Shown here one piece after another: positions 10,403 through 19,906 of a stretch of 64,000 bases of DNA. The notes beneath the pieces were generated by a model. That model was not told the origin of the DNA, ran no database searches, and saw nothing but the letters and a program-made list of their open reading frames with translations. The first letter of the stretch is position 1, and every line of letters starts with the position of its first letter. Position numbers and translations under genes: made by a program. This DNA is from Candidatus Latescibacterota bacterium (GTDB lineage Bacteria > Latescibacterota > UBA2968 > GCA-2709665): contig OZ252100.1 of NCBI GenBank assembly GCA_965248435.1, forward strand, positions 832,001 through 896,000, given 5' to 3'.

Positions 10403-11122
10403 TTAACGGCTATGTCTACAAAGTTTGCGATACTGACTGGGGGGCATCCCCTCGAGACTGACGAAGGCGTCTCTCAGCCTCTGCTGGTTTTTGAAGCCGC
10501 AATCAGCCGAAATGGCGCCGAGGGTCAGATCACTCGAGCTTATCAGTTTTTTTGCGGATTCGACCCTGTAGTAGGAGAGGCGCTTTCTGAACGTCGCACC
10601 GACGTGTTTTTGGAACAACCTGCAGGCATAACTTCTGGAAATTCTAAAATGCTCGTGAAGGTCCTTAAGCCTGAGACGAGGTTCCCCCGCGTGTTCTCTC
10701 ACAAATTCATCCAGTCTGTCTGCAAGGATATGCGGTGAGATGTGCCGCTCCTTGTCGACGATCGTGCCTGCGGCGACCCTGAGTTTCGAGATGAACTCAC
10801 TTGTCTTGAACGGCTTTCTCAGAAAATCCCTGGCCCCGAGCCTGACCGCTTCGATCGCAGTATCCAGGGTGGCATAACCGGTAATCAGGATGACCTCTGT
10901 CCTGATGAATTTTTGTTTCATGGCTTTCAGCACATCCAGTCCTGTCAGGTCCGGCAGATTGATGTCCAGGATCGCCAGATGAAAAGGCTGATTCTCCAGT
11001 AACTTTAATGCATCCGTGCCATTCGAGCGCGTTTCAACCTTCCAGTTCGGCTCCGCGCCTTTGATTGCTCGTTCTAGAAAAGCAGCCACTCTGTCTTCAT
11101 CATCCACGATCAGGACATCCAT
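10403..11122 (-). CDS. Response regulator with C-terminal AraC-type HTH
   Basis: Receiver (LIVDDE, ILDINLP, ITGY, RKPF) plus AraC signature ISADCGFKNQQRLRDAF...GMPPSQYR. Confidence 0.9.
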   Translation of the reverse strand: MDVLIVDDEDRVAAFLERAIKGAEPNWKVETRSNGTDALKLLENQPFHLAILDINLPDLTGLDVLKAMKQKFIRTEVILITGYATLDTAIEAVRLGARDFLRKPFKTSEFISKLRVAAGTIVDKERHISPHILADRLDEFVREHAGEPRLRLKDLHEHFRISRSYACRLFQKHVGATFRKRLSYYRVESAKKLISSSDLTLGAISADCGFKNQQRLRDAFVSLEGMPPSQYRKLCRHSR

Positions 11123-11127
11123 CTCTT

Positions 11128-12537
11128 CTACTCCGATCGAGCATCTCTGGCCATGAGTGGAAGGACAACCGAAACTGACGTGCCGCGCCCAACTTCGCTC
11201 GTCAAGTGAATATCCCCGTTGTGCACTTTCGCGATCATCTCACAGATCGACAGGCCCAGGCCCGTACCGCCCGTTCTGCGCGATCGATCCTTCCTCACGC
11301 GGTAGAATCGCTCGAACACCTTCCCTTGTTCATCCTCTGGAATCCCCGGGCCCTTATCCCTAACTGTGACTTTCAAACCGCTGCTTCCGTTGAAGGCGTG
11401 AGCCTCCTTGTCCACGATCACTTCGACGGACTGACCCTCATCAGACAATTTGGAGGCGTTGGAAACCAGATTGAGAAACAGCTGAGCGAGCAAGTTCTCG
11501 TCTCCCACGACGCCGGCCGATCCCCGAACATCCAGAATCAAATCCTGATGTTTCAACGAGCACACCGCCTCCCAGTCTCTCGCTTGTTCATCGAGGAACT
11601 GTGCGATGTCAATCGGCGTCTTCGTGATCGAAAGAGAGGCCGTATCACCTCGGGCCAGCAGTAGGAGGTTATCTACAATGTGGATAATATTCAGCGTTTC
11701 CTCCAGGAGGTCCGAAAGGATTTCGACGTACTCCCTATTCTCCCTCTCCCGGGTCAGAGCAACCTCGATATTTCCCCTCAGGATCGTGAGCGGTGTATGG
11801 AGTTCGTGCGCGACATTGGATGAAAAGTTATTGATTCCGTTGTAGGACGTCTCGAGTCGCTCGAAAAGGTCATTCAAGGTTTCGACGAGACGTTTTAGCT
11901 CCGTATCCCCCTCAACGAGCTCGATCTGTTTATTTAGGCTGTCGAGATCCTTCTCCGCAACAGCCTGCTGGATGGACAACATCGGCCTGACCATCCTGCC
12001 CGCAAACAGGTAGGCGATACCGACACCGAAGATGGCAAGGATCAACAGGGAAACCAGGATACTGTCCTTCAGGATTTCGACATATCCGGTCACGTCCGCC
12101 ATGCTGGAGGCGACCAGAATGTAAGCGACGCGTCTGGCTTCCCTTTCAACAGGAAAGACGACGCACATGAGCCGGGTCTTGCTCACTTCAAGGGTAACGG
12201 TCTCCGGTTTGGAGACAGGTCGGAAGTCGTAAAACTGTTGAAACTCCAGACGACCGACATTGCTGCTCTTTCTGAGTGTCCTGAACTCGGAGTCTGTAGC
12301 CACGATGTACTCCTCGTCCGCGCCGTGCCACTCGTGGTGGTCCAGAACCGCAACTTCCCCTCCACTCAAGACGACGGTCTGGGAGAACTCATAGGCGTCT
12401 TCAAGAAGCTCGACTTCGAGTTCCGCCAATGCCGCTTTCTCGAAAGAAAGGGTATACACGAGAGAGCTGACGAAAAGTACGGACAGGCCCATCAACACGA
12501 ACGCGGCCAGGAGTCTTGATCTCAGGCTGAACTTCAT
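11128..12537 (-). CDS. Membrane sensor histidine kinase (CusS/CzcS-like; 2 TM, HAMP, HisKA, HATPase)
   Basis: Two TM segments, FSSNVAHELHTPL, NLVSNASK, DKGPGI, FERFYR..SR..GGTGLGL; His/acidic periplasmic patch DHHEWHGADEE. Confidence 0.92.
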   Translation of the reverse strand: MKFSLRSRLLAAFVLMGLSVLFVSSLVYTLSFEKAALAELEVELLEDAYEFSQTVVLSGGEVAVLDHHEWHGADEEYIVATDSEFRTLRKSSNVGRLEFQQFYDFRPVSKPETVTLEVSKTRLMCVVFPVEREARRVAYILVASSMADVTGYVEILKDSILVSLLILAIFGVGIAYLFAGRMVRPMLSIQQAVAEKDLDSLNKQIELVEGDTELKRLVETLNDLFERLETSYNGINNFSSNVAHELHTPLTILRGNIEVALTRERENREYVEILSDLLEETLNIIHIVDNLLLLARGDTASLSITKTPIDIAQFLDEQARDWEAVCSLKHQDLILDVRGSAGVVGDENLLAQLFLNLVSNASKLSDEGQSVEVIVDKEAHAFNGSSGLKVTVRDKGPGIPEDEQGKVFERFYRVRKDRSRRTGGTGLGLSICEMIAKVHNGDIHLTSEVGRGTSVSVVLPLMARDARSE

Positions 12538-13208
12538 CTTTCAGGGTCCTTCAGAATGTAGCCGGCGCCACGGACGGTGTGGATCAGCGGCCGTTGCGAC
12601 CCGCAATTCAGTTTCTTTCTGAGGTAATTGATGTAGACGTCTATCACGTTCGATCCCCGGTCGAAATTGACGTTCCACACGCGATCTGCAAGGGCTGCTC
12701 GAGTGATCAGCCGGTTCTGATTGAGCAGAAAATACTCAAGAATCGCGAACTCCTTGTTTGAAAGGTCTATCTGCTCCTCGCCTCTTCGCACGGTTCGCTC
12801 CGCAACATTCATCTCCAGATCGTCCACGCGCAGCGCCTCGACTGTCGAATGTCTTCTGCGCAAGAGTGCCCGGATTCTCGCCAGCAATTCCAGAAATGAA
12901 AACGGCTTGGTCACATAGTCGTCCGCACCGGCTTCAAATCCCGCGACCTTGTCCGTCACGTCGCCCTTTACCGTCAAGAACATAATCGGCAGTTTCGGCG
13001 ACCTCTTTCGGATCTCTTTGCACACCGTAAGGCCGTCCATCTCCGGCAACATCCAGTCGATGATCACCAGATCGAAAGAGTCGACCGCGAACGCGTCCAG
13101 TCCCGACTTTCCATCAACCTGCACATCCACGGCGTATCCGCTCTCGGTAAGCCCTTTGACGAGGAACGACGCCACCTTCCTATCGTCCTCGATCAGCAGA
13201 AGTCGCAC
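12534..13208 (-). CDS. OmpR-family response regulator (CusR/CzcR-like)
   Basis: GTG start at 13208 after GGGAG; GADDYVTKPFSFLELLARIRALLRR, NVIDVYINYLRKK, IHTVRGAGY; 4 nt overlap with the kinase gene. Confidence 0.93.
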   Translation of the reverse strand: MRLLLIEDDRKVASFLVKGLTESGYAVDVQVDGKSGLDAFAVDSFDLVIIDWMLPEMDGLTVCKEIRKRSPKLPIMFLTVKGDVTDKVAGFEAGADDYVTKPFSFLELLARIRALLRRRHSTVEALRVDDLEMNVAERTVRRGEEQIDLSNKEFAILEYFLLNQNRLITRAALADRVWNVNFDRGSNVIDVYINYLRKKLNCGSQRPLIHTVRGAGYILKDPER

Positions 13209-13300
13209 CGTTTGCACTCCCTGAAATGGCAACAAAGAAATTGGTGATGGACTCTTAAAACATACGCAAGAAAAACTCGAGCTGCACGCGAAAAGGGCAA

Positions 13301-13339
13301 CATTAGAGCTTTCTAATGTTGGCTTAATGCCGTTCTAAT
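13301..13339. promoter_or_regulatory. Putative OmpR-family operator: three TAAT-core repeats at 11 bp pitch plus an overlapping palindrome
   Basis: TTCTAAT 13311, GCTTAAT 13322, TTCTAAT 13333; CATTAGA-GCTT-TCTAATG at 13301-13318; lies in the divergent promoter between the regulator and the ankyrin gene. Confidence 0.6.
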
Positions 13340-13403
13340 CCTGCCTTTCTATCTTTGACTTCGACCGGCATCGCTGCCACCCATCATCGGGCAAGGAGAC
13401 GAA

Positions 13404-13787
13404 TTGATCAGACACCCTTCGAAGATTCTTACGGATCACGCAGGCGTTCTCTGGATCGATGCGGCACGGAACATGAGGCGTTTGTTAACAAGGCTGTCTA
13501 AGCAGAAGAAAGAGGAATTTCTTCATGCAGCTAGAGAAGGCAGGGCGATTCAGATTCGAACACTGCTTACGGCAGGCGTCAATCCCAACACGAAGTCGAT
13601 GTTCGGGGAAACAGCCTTGATGATGGCGGTTCAGAACAGTCATAGGCCGGTCGTTCAACTCCTGCTCGAATCCGGCGCGAATCCTGATACAGAATCACTC
13701 CTTGGGGAGACGGCTCTGATGATGGCCGTTCGAAACGGTGATCCATGTGTCACTCAACTCCTGGAAAATCTCGGAGCAAGCAGGTGA
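13404..13787 (+). CDS. Ankyrin repeat protein
   Basis: GETALMMAV occurs twice with LL..GANP; RBS AAGGAG before the TTG start. Confidence 0.85.
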   Translation: MIRHPSKILTDHAGVLWIDAARNMRRLLTRLSKQKKEEFLHAAREGRAIQIRTLLTAGVNPNTKSMFGETALMMAVQNSHRPVVQLLLESGANPDTESLLGETALMMAVRNGDPCVTQLLENLGASR

Positions 13788-13861
13788 TGAAATTCCCCTT
13801 GTGACTGAACTTCCAACTTTCGACATCGTGGAGCCTTCCTAAACCCAAACAGGAGGTCAAA

Positions 13862-16270
13862 ATGACTCGGTTCATTGGGATCCAAATATGCATCCTGCTT
13901 TGCCTCTTCCACGAAACCAGCTTTGCTCAGGGACCCGTGCAAGAACGCGAGACCGCGCAGATTCAAGGTCGAATCATCGATGCCGATTCTAAGGAACCCG
14001 TCCCCTCGGTGAATGTGGCGCTGAGCGGGACTCGCCTTGGCAGCACCACAGATCGGGATGGGCGGTTCAGGATCGAGCGAATCCCCCAGGGGGTCTATGC
14101 GCTTCGGGCGAGCCGTGTGGGATACGAAGAGGTGGTCTACGAGAACGTCCGCATCGAGGGTCCAACCTCGCTGGATCTCGACCTGCGCATGACGCGCGTG
14201 GTCCACGAACTCAAAGAGATCACTGTAACTCCGGGTTCCTTTTCATTCATGGAATCGAGTTCATCCACCCAACAGACCATGTCCCGGGAGGACATCGAGA
14301 CCGTACCCCAGTTTGGAGAGGACATCTTTCGCGCCGTGAATCGTCTGCCCGGTCTTTCGTCAGGGGACTACTCTGCACATTTCTCCATTCGCGGCGGCAG
14401 ACACGACGAAACCCTCATCCTCCTTGACGGGTTGGAAATCTACGAACCGTATCACCTCAAGGACTTCAACGAGGGCGCAATCAGCATCATCGATGTCGAG
14501 GCTATCGAGAGCATCGAACTGATGACAGGCGGGTTCCCAGCGGAATACGGCAACAGACTGAGCGGCGTCTTCAGTCTCACATCCTCTAAGAGGCCGAAAC
14601 CCGGCCACGCGAGCTACAGCCTGGGTATCAGCTTCTTGAACGCACGCGCGAAGTCCGAAGGCACTTTTACAGAGGATAAAGGCTCGTGGTTTCTCTCGGC
14701 CCGCAGAGGATATCTGGACCTTGTATTGAATCTTATGAATCAGAATGATCTTCCGTCCCCCGTGTATTATGACATCTTTTCGAAGATCCGATACGAAGTC
14801 AATCCGCGACATACGCTCTCTTTGAATGTGCTCCACGCCCGTGACAAATACACTTTTGACGCAAAAGCCACGACTGGATTTCAGGACACGATCAAGACCC
14901 GTGAGGACGCAAACAACCGCTACGGGAATTCCTACGTTTGGGCCACCCTGAACTCAACGTTGACGCAAAAATTAGCCGTTAGGAGCATGGCTTCGGCAGG
15001 CCTCGTGACCAGAGATCGAGATGGCACTGAAGAATACATCGACATTCCTGAACCCATCTACGCACTGACGAATAAACGTGACTTCTCGATTCTGGCGTTC
15101 AAGCAGGATTGGATTTACGAGTCCTCCGGTTTTATGCTCACGGAATTCGGCTACGATCTGAAGAAAGAGGATACAGACGATACGTTTACGAACATCGTCG
15201 GCAAAAACCCGGATGACCCCTCTGCGGACCCGCTGGCGCACTACCCCATAGTGAACCGCACCAACTTCAAGAAAAGCGGCACGCTCCTGGGGATGTATCT
15301 CGCCAACCGCTTTCAGTTTCTCGATCCCCTCGTCCTCGAAATCGGGCTGCGATACGATCGGGCCTCCTACACAAAAGACAGCGATTTCAGTCCGCGCCTG
15401 AACGCGCTTGTGAAACTCGCACAAAGAAGCAACTTGCGCCTCGGCTGGGGCTTCTACCGGCAGATCCAGAGCATCGAGGATGTGTCTGCGCTGAATGACC
15501 AGGATGCCTATTTCCCATCCGAGCTCTCAAAACAGTGGACAGCTGGATTCGAACACGTTTTCGTCGACGGCGCGAGACTGCGCGTGGAGGGCTACTACAA
15601 ACGGGGCTCGAACCTCAGACCGAAATACAGGAACTGGGTCGGCTCCCCCGATGTCTTTCCAGAGACGAATGAAGACAGGATTCTTGTCTTTCCAGAGAAA
15701 ACGACCTCGAAAGGGTTGGAGATCTACTACAATCAGAACCTGGGAAGCAAACTCTCCTTGAGAGGGAGCTACGCGTTCACGTTCGCAGTTGAACAGGCAA
15801 ATCGGATAGACAACGTAAACGACCCCGCAGCGATCGATTTCGACAGGAACCAACCCAATCCCCAGGACCAACGGCATGCGTTGAATCTGGATTCTACGTA
15901 TCGCCCGTCTAGAACCTGGTCGATCACCATGTCATACGCCTATCACACGGGATGGCCCGCTACCCTGCAGGATATGTTCGAAGTCACGGGGGAGGACGGC
16001 GAACCTGATTTGGCCGTAAAACCACTCAAGCTCTACGGCGCCAGACTTCCCGACTATCACCGGATGGACGTACGCGTGACCAGAAAATTCGCAACCTCGA
16101 GGGGCGACCTTCGATTCTTCTTCGAAGTCGTGAATCTCACGAATCATTCCAATGTGTTCGGGTATGACTATTTCAAGACGCTGGACAGCAACGGCGAATT
16201 CAGACTCCAACAGGATGTGGAAACCTGGTTCATCATACTGCCATCGATAGGGATAAGCTGGAGTTTGTAG
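13862..16270 (+). CDS. TonB-dependent receptor with N-terminal carboxypeptidase-regulatory-like domain
   Basis: Signal peptide; GRIIDADSKEPVPSVNV...TDRDGRF; plug SIRGG...ILLDG; GGFPAEYGNRLSGV; GLRYD, FSPRLN, PDYHRMD and C-terminal GISWSL. Confidence 0.9.
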   Translation: MTRFIGIQICILLCLFHETSFAQGPVQERETAQIQGRIIDADSKEPVPSVNVALSGTRLGSTTDRDGRFRIERIPQGVYALRASRVGYEEVVYENVRIEGPTSLDLDLRMTRVVHELKEITVTPGSFSFMESSSSTQQTMSREDIETVPQFGEDIFRAVNRLPGLSSGDYSAHFSIRGGRHDETLILLDGLEIYEPYHLKDFNEGAISIIDVEAIESIELMTGGFPAEYGNRLSGVFSLTSSKRPKPGHASYSLGISFLNARAKSEGTFTEDKGSWFLSARRGYLDLVLNLMNQNDLPSPVYYDIFSKIRYEVNPRHTLSLNVLHARDKYTFDAKATTGFQDTIKTREDANNRYGNSYVWATLNSTLTQKLAVRSMASAGLVTRDRDGTEEYIDIPEPIYALTNKRDFSILAFKQDWIYESSGFMLTEFGYDLKKEDTDDTFTNIVGKNPDDPSADPLAHYPIVNRTNFKKSGTLLGMYLANRFQFLDPLVLEIGLRYDRASYTKDSDFSPRLNALVKLAQRSNLRLGWGFYRQIQSIEDVSALNDQDAYFPSELSKQWTAGFEHVFVDGARLRVEGYYKRGSNLRPKYRNWVGSPDVFPETNEDRILVFPEKTTSKGLEIYYNQNLGSKLSLRGSYAFTFAVEQANRIDNVNDPAAIDFDRNQPNPQDQRHALNLDSTYRPSRTWSITMSYAYHTGWPATLQDMFEVTGEDGEPDLAVKPLKLYGARLPDYHRMDVRVTRKFATSRGDLRFFFEVVNLTNHSNVFGYDYFKTLDSNGEFRLQQDVETWFIILPSIGISWSL

Positions 16271-16376
16271 ATCACCGACTTTCGACTACGCACATCGCAA
16301 ATCTGTTCGGCTTGACATCTCTGGCCTGGATGGATTGTTTTATACGTGAAGAGCCCCAATCAAGATGGAGGTGGCT

Positions 16377-16922
16377 ATGGAAAGGAACTTCGGCCTGTTT
16401 TGCACCGGTTTCGCTCTGGCGGTACTGCTCACAGGTACATCAGAGATCCTCGGCGTCGAGGGTTCCATTCAAATCAAGAAGAGCAAAAGACCAGCCCTGC
16501 ACGAGATGGCCCGAATCACCATCCTAAAGGCCATAGATATCGCGACCGCCAGGTTCGAGGGAACGGCACTGGAAGCGGAACTGGAAACCGAGGACGGCTA
16601 CCTGGTCTACGAGGTGGGTGTCTCGACCGCGGACGGCGCAGTGATGGAGATCGTCATCGATGCGGGCAATGGCAGCATACTGAAGACCGAGCAGGAGGAG
16701 GATGAAGAGGAAGTGCTCCTCGGCAAATCGGCGAAGATTTCGTTAAAAGATGCACTGAAAGCGGCAATCGCGGCGTGGCCTGGTACCGTAGTGGAAGCGG
16801 AGTTGGAACGAAAGAAGGGGCACCTTATATATAATGTACAGATTGTCAATGCGGATCGCAAAACTTCAGAAGTAGCAGTCGATGCCATTACCGGGGAAGT
16901 TCTGAAACATTCTCAAGACTGA
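16377..16922 (+). CDS. Periplasmic protein with two PepSY domains
   Basis: RBS GGAGG before ATG 16377; signal peptide; two repeats of A.I....A...A....G...EAELE...G.L.Y.V......G...E..IDA..G.IL. Confidence 0.88.
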   Translation: MERNFGLFCTGFALAVLLTGTSEILGVEGSIQIKKSKRPALHEMARITILKAIDIATARFEGTALEAELETEDGYLVYEVGVSTADGAVMEIVIDAGNGSILKTEQEEDEEEVLLGKSAKISLKDALKAAIAAWPGTVVEAELERKKGHLIYNVQIVNADRKTSEVAVDAITGEVLKHSQD

Positions 16923-16961
16923 AGGGGGGCAGAGTCACTCTAGAGCTGAGTTGAGTAAAAC

Positions 16962-16996
16962 AAAAGGTCGTGAACTTAATTTGTTCACGACCTTTT
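16962..16996. terminator. Bidirectional intrinsic terminator
   Basis: AAAAGGTCGTGAAC-N7-GTTCACGACCTTTT between convergent genes. Confidence 0.75.
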
Positions 16997-17030
16997 CTAG
17001 AACACGGTAGTGTGTTTCAAGATCACCCAT

Positions 17031-18959
17031 TCACTCAGCAACTCCCCCCTCTCCTGAAACCCTTTCGTCGTGCAGCTGGATCGCCCTTCCCACCATATCG
17101 CACACGAGGATCACATCCTTAAACGGCTTCTGCAGCTGAAGGTCAAACTGTGCGAGCCGATTATCGTCGTCCTCAAGTCTCCATCCAGTGATCAGCACCG
17201 TAACCAGGGCCGGGTCGATTTGCCTCATCTTTTCGGCGACCTGGTCCCCGGGAATCCCCGGCATCCCAAGGTCGATCAAAGCGACGTCGTGCTCTCCCGC
17301 GGTAAACTCCCCCAGGGCTTCCTCCGCCGCGAGAACCGTTTTTACTTCGTGGTCTTCGGATAGAATAGTTGTGAGGAATTCGCAAACCACATCCTCATCA
17401 TCGAGCACCAGGAGCCTTCCGCGTCGGGAGGAGGTCGGCTTGAAATCCGATTTTTCTTCTCCATACGTTCCTTCCCAAATTGGAAGGCAAACGGTGAACG
17501 TGGCTCCCTCTCCAGGTGAAGATTCCACATCGATAGTGCCCCCCCACCGGTTAACAGCTCCATACACAGTAGAAAGGCCCAGGCCCGTGCCTACGTCTGC
17601 CTTGGTTGTGAAAAACGGCTCAAACACGCGCTCTAGAATCTCCTTGTTCATGCCGTGGCCTGTGTCACACACGACCAGGCGAACGCTTCCATTCACGGTT
17701 TCCGTTGTGATGCGTATCGTGCCGCCTTCGGGCATCGACTCAACCGCGTTGAAAAGAAGATTCATCACAATGTCGTGAACACCGGACGATGTTCCCGCGA
17801 CGGCCGGAATATCTCCAAGGCTCGTAAGTATTCGGACCGTAAGCCCGTTCGCTTCAGATTCGTCCTTCCACCTGGGTTGAGTCGTTTCCAGGGTTTCCAC
17901 AACAATGGGATTCAGCTCGATCGGCTCTAAAATCTCTTCCTTTCTACGTACCGCCATGTAGAGGCGGTCAATCAGGCTCACTGCTCGATCGGTGCAATTC
18001 CGAATCATTGAAACGTAGCCCAGAAGCTTTGGGTCTTTCGTGTCCATTGCAAGCAACTGGGCCGGACCCACGATGCCGGTCAGAATATTATTCAGATTGT
18101 GGCTGATCCCCGCCGACATCTGTCCGAGCGCATTGAGACGCTGAACACGGATTAACTGATTTTGCGTCTTCTCGTGTTCTGCGACTTCATCCCTCACGCG
18201 ATCCTCCAACTCATCGTGGGCTGTCTGGAGCTCTGCTTTCGATTCATTCAGACGCTTTGTCATGGTGTTGAATGCGTTCGCGAGAGCCTCGAGCTCATCT
18301 CCTGAATCGATCTTGATTTTCCTTCCCAGATCTCCGTTCGATGCTGCTTCTGTGACCACCATCAATTTGTCCAAAGACCCGGTCAACCTCCGAACCAGGA
18401 TCAGGGCAAAGCCGATGCCTGCAGCGAGAAAGCAGAGGCCAAGCAGGATATTTCTGTTCCGCAGTGATGCGATTTCCTCGTGCATTTTTTCCAGCGAATA
18501 TCCGATTCTAACTCCACCCAGTTTGTGATCCTCAAGGGTGACGGGTTCCGCGACTTCCAGGACGTTCGGACCGAATTCCAGGTGGCCGGCGTCTGACCCA
18601 AGGACCTTCTGAATAACAGGGTCATCGGGCATCGTGAAGCGCAGGCTCGTTTCGCCCCAATGCGATCCATCTGTAACGATCATCCCCCGCTCGTTGAATA
18701 TGTGTGCGTAAACGACTTCCTCCTGGTTGAGGACATCATCCAGGAGCAGCCTCAGATCCTCAATGCGCAAAAGAGCCAGCGGATCCACCGCACTCGCGGC
18801 CAGAAGCGAGGCCATGGCCCTCGCCTTTTCCTCCAGCCGGGCTCTGATCGCCCGTTCCTTGGCCATGATGCCGATGACGGTAAACGTGATACTGAAGACG
18901 GTAAGCAAAACCGATATGAACAGAATGTATTTTCCCCTCAATCCCAATCTCATGATCAT
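17031..18959 (-). CDS. Membrane hybrid histidine kinase (2 TM, HAMP, HisKA, HATPase, REC)
   Basis: [51 protein letters not shown], receiver VLDDE...IDLGMP. Confidence 0.92.
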   Translation of the reverse strand: MIMRLGLRGKYILFISVLLTVFSITFTVIGIMAKERAIRARLEEKARAMASLLAASAVDPLALLRIEDLRLLLDDVLNQEEVVYAHIFNERGMIVTDGSHWGETSLRFTMPDDPVIQKVLGSDAGHLEFGPNVLEVAEPVTLEDHKLGGVRIGYSLEKMHEEIASLRNRNILLGLCFLAAGIGFALILVRRLTGSLDKLMVVTEAASNGDLGRKIKIDSGDELEALANAFNTMTKRLNESKAELQTAHDELEDRVRDEVAEHEKTQNQLIRVQRLNALGQMSAGISHNLNNILTGIVGPAQLLAMDTKDPKLLGYVSMIRNCTDRAVSLIDRLYMAVRRKEEILEPIELNPIVVETLETTQPRWKDESEANGLTVRILTSLGDIPAVAGTSSGVHDIVMNLLFNAVESMPEGGTIRITTETVNGSVRLVVCDTGHGMNKEILERVFEPFFTTKADVGTGLGLSTVYGAVNRWGGTIDVESSPGEGATFTVCLPIWEGTYGEEKSDFKPTSSRRGRLLVLDDEDVVCEFLTTILSEDHEVKTVLAAEEALGEFTAGEHDVALIDLGMPGIPGDQVAEKMRQIDPALVTVLITGWRLEDDDNRLAQFDLQLQKPFKDVILVCDMVGRAIQLHDERVSGEGGVAE

Positions 18960-18979
18960 CCTTCCCCGGCTTGAGTCCC

Positions 18980-19900
18980 TTATTTTGTAATGAATTCCAT
19001 CAAGGAGGTTAGGCCTTCATCCGCCCCCGCGTGAAACGTGTCAAATTTTTTCGTTTCTTGAAACCTGCGCAGCGAGTTCCTACCCTCCTCGCTTTCATCC
19101 ATCTCTAGAAGAATGTGCTCTATCTCAAACATCAAGGTTGAATCCATGCTGTTCCGGAAGGCGACGAGCTGTCGGGGGACAGAGGTCGACCGCTTTAGAA
19201 CTTTGAGCTCATCTATGCGCTCGCCGGACATGGCCGCGAAACTGCCATCATCCATGGCTCCCGCTGATGTCATTTTCTCCAGGACCCAGAAAATCGTATT
19301 CTCATCGTCCATCGAGAAAACGTAGCCCACTGTATCGGGAGAGACGTGCGCCGAAGGAGATTCAAACTTCCTGAGCACCAATCCGGACCGGCTGAGGACG
19401 GCCTTTGGGATCATGTATCCTGAAGTTGACGAAGGCTCGTCGAACGCCATCATCCTTCCTCCCAGATCCGAGACCGATTCAAGGCCGCTGTCCTCCCTAA
19501 CGAAGATCACGGTGTGATATTCCGACCTCCCCCTTTTCCACCGTCGGAGCAGTGGCGTCATTCCAGCGAGCCGGCTGACACTTAAAACCGGAAAAGCACT
19601 ATCGACATAGATATCGACTTCCTCTTTCGTTACAAGATCGACCATCTCCTGAATGGATTGAGCCACAACGACCCGACCACCGTCAATGCCCTTTCCTTTG
19701 AGCTGCGCGACCAGATAAGCTACCAGAGGTTGAAAGTCTGAGACCTCGTCTTTGACACTTGAAGCGATCGAGCCAACACGAATCACGCCCCCACCTTCAT
19801 CACCACCGGCTGGTCCTGCCCCGTCCAATGAGAGACCATGAAAAAGGAACAAAATGGCGGGGAGAGTTGCTAGGATGTAGGAGGTATGTTTCATCTTCAC
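18980..19900 (-). CDS. PhnD-like phosphate/phosphite/phosphonate substrate-binding protein
   Basis: Signal peptide; Y.TVIFVREDSGLES..DL.G..MAF....STSGYMIP motif of the Phosphonate-bd family. Confidence 0.82.
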   Translation of the reverse strand: MKMKHTSYILATLPAILFLFHGLSLDGAGPAGGDEGGGVIRVGSIASSVKDEVSDFQPLVAYLVAQLKGKGIDGGRVVVAQSIQEMVDLVTKEEVDIYVDSAFPVLSVSRLAGMTPLLRRWKRGRSEYHTVIFVREDSGLESVSDLGGRMMAFDEPSSTSGYMIPKAVLSRSGLVLRKFESPSAHVSPDTVGYVFSMDDENTIFWVLEKMTSAGAMDDGSFAAMSGERIDELKVLKRSTSVPRQLVAFRNSMDSTLMFEIEHILLEMDESEEGRNSLRRFQETKKFDTFHAGADEGLTSLMEFITK

Positions 19901-19906
19901 TTGGGA

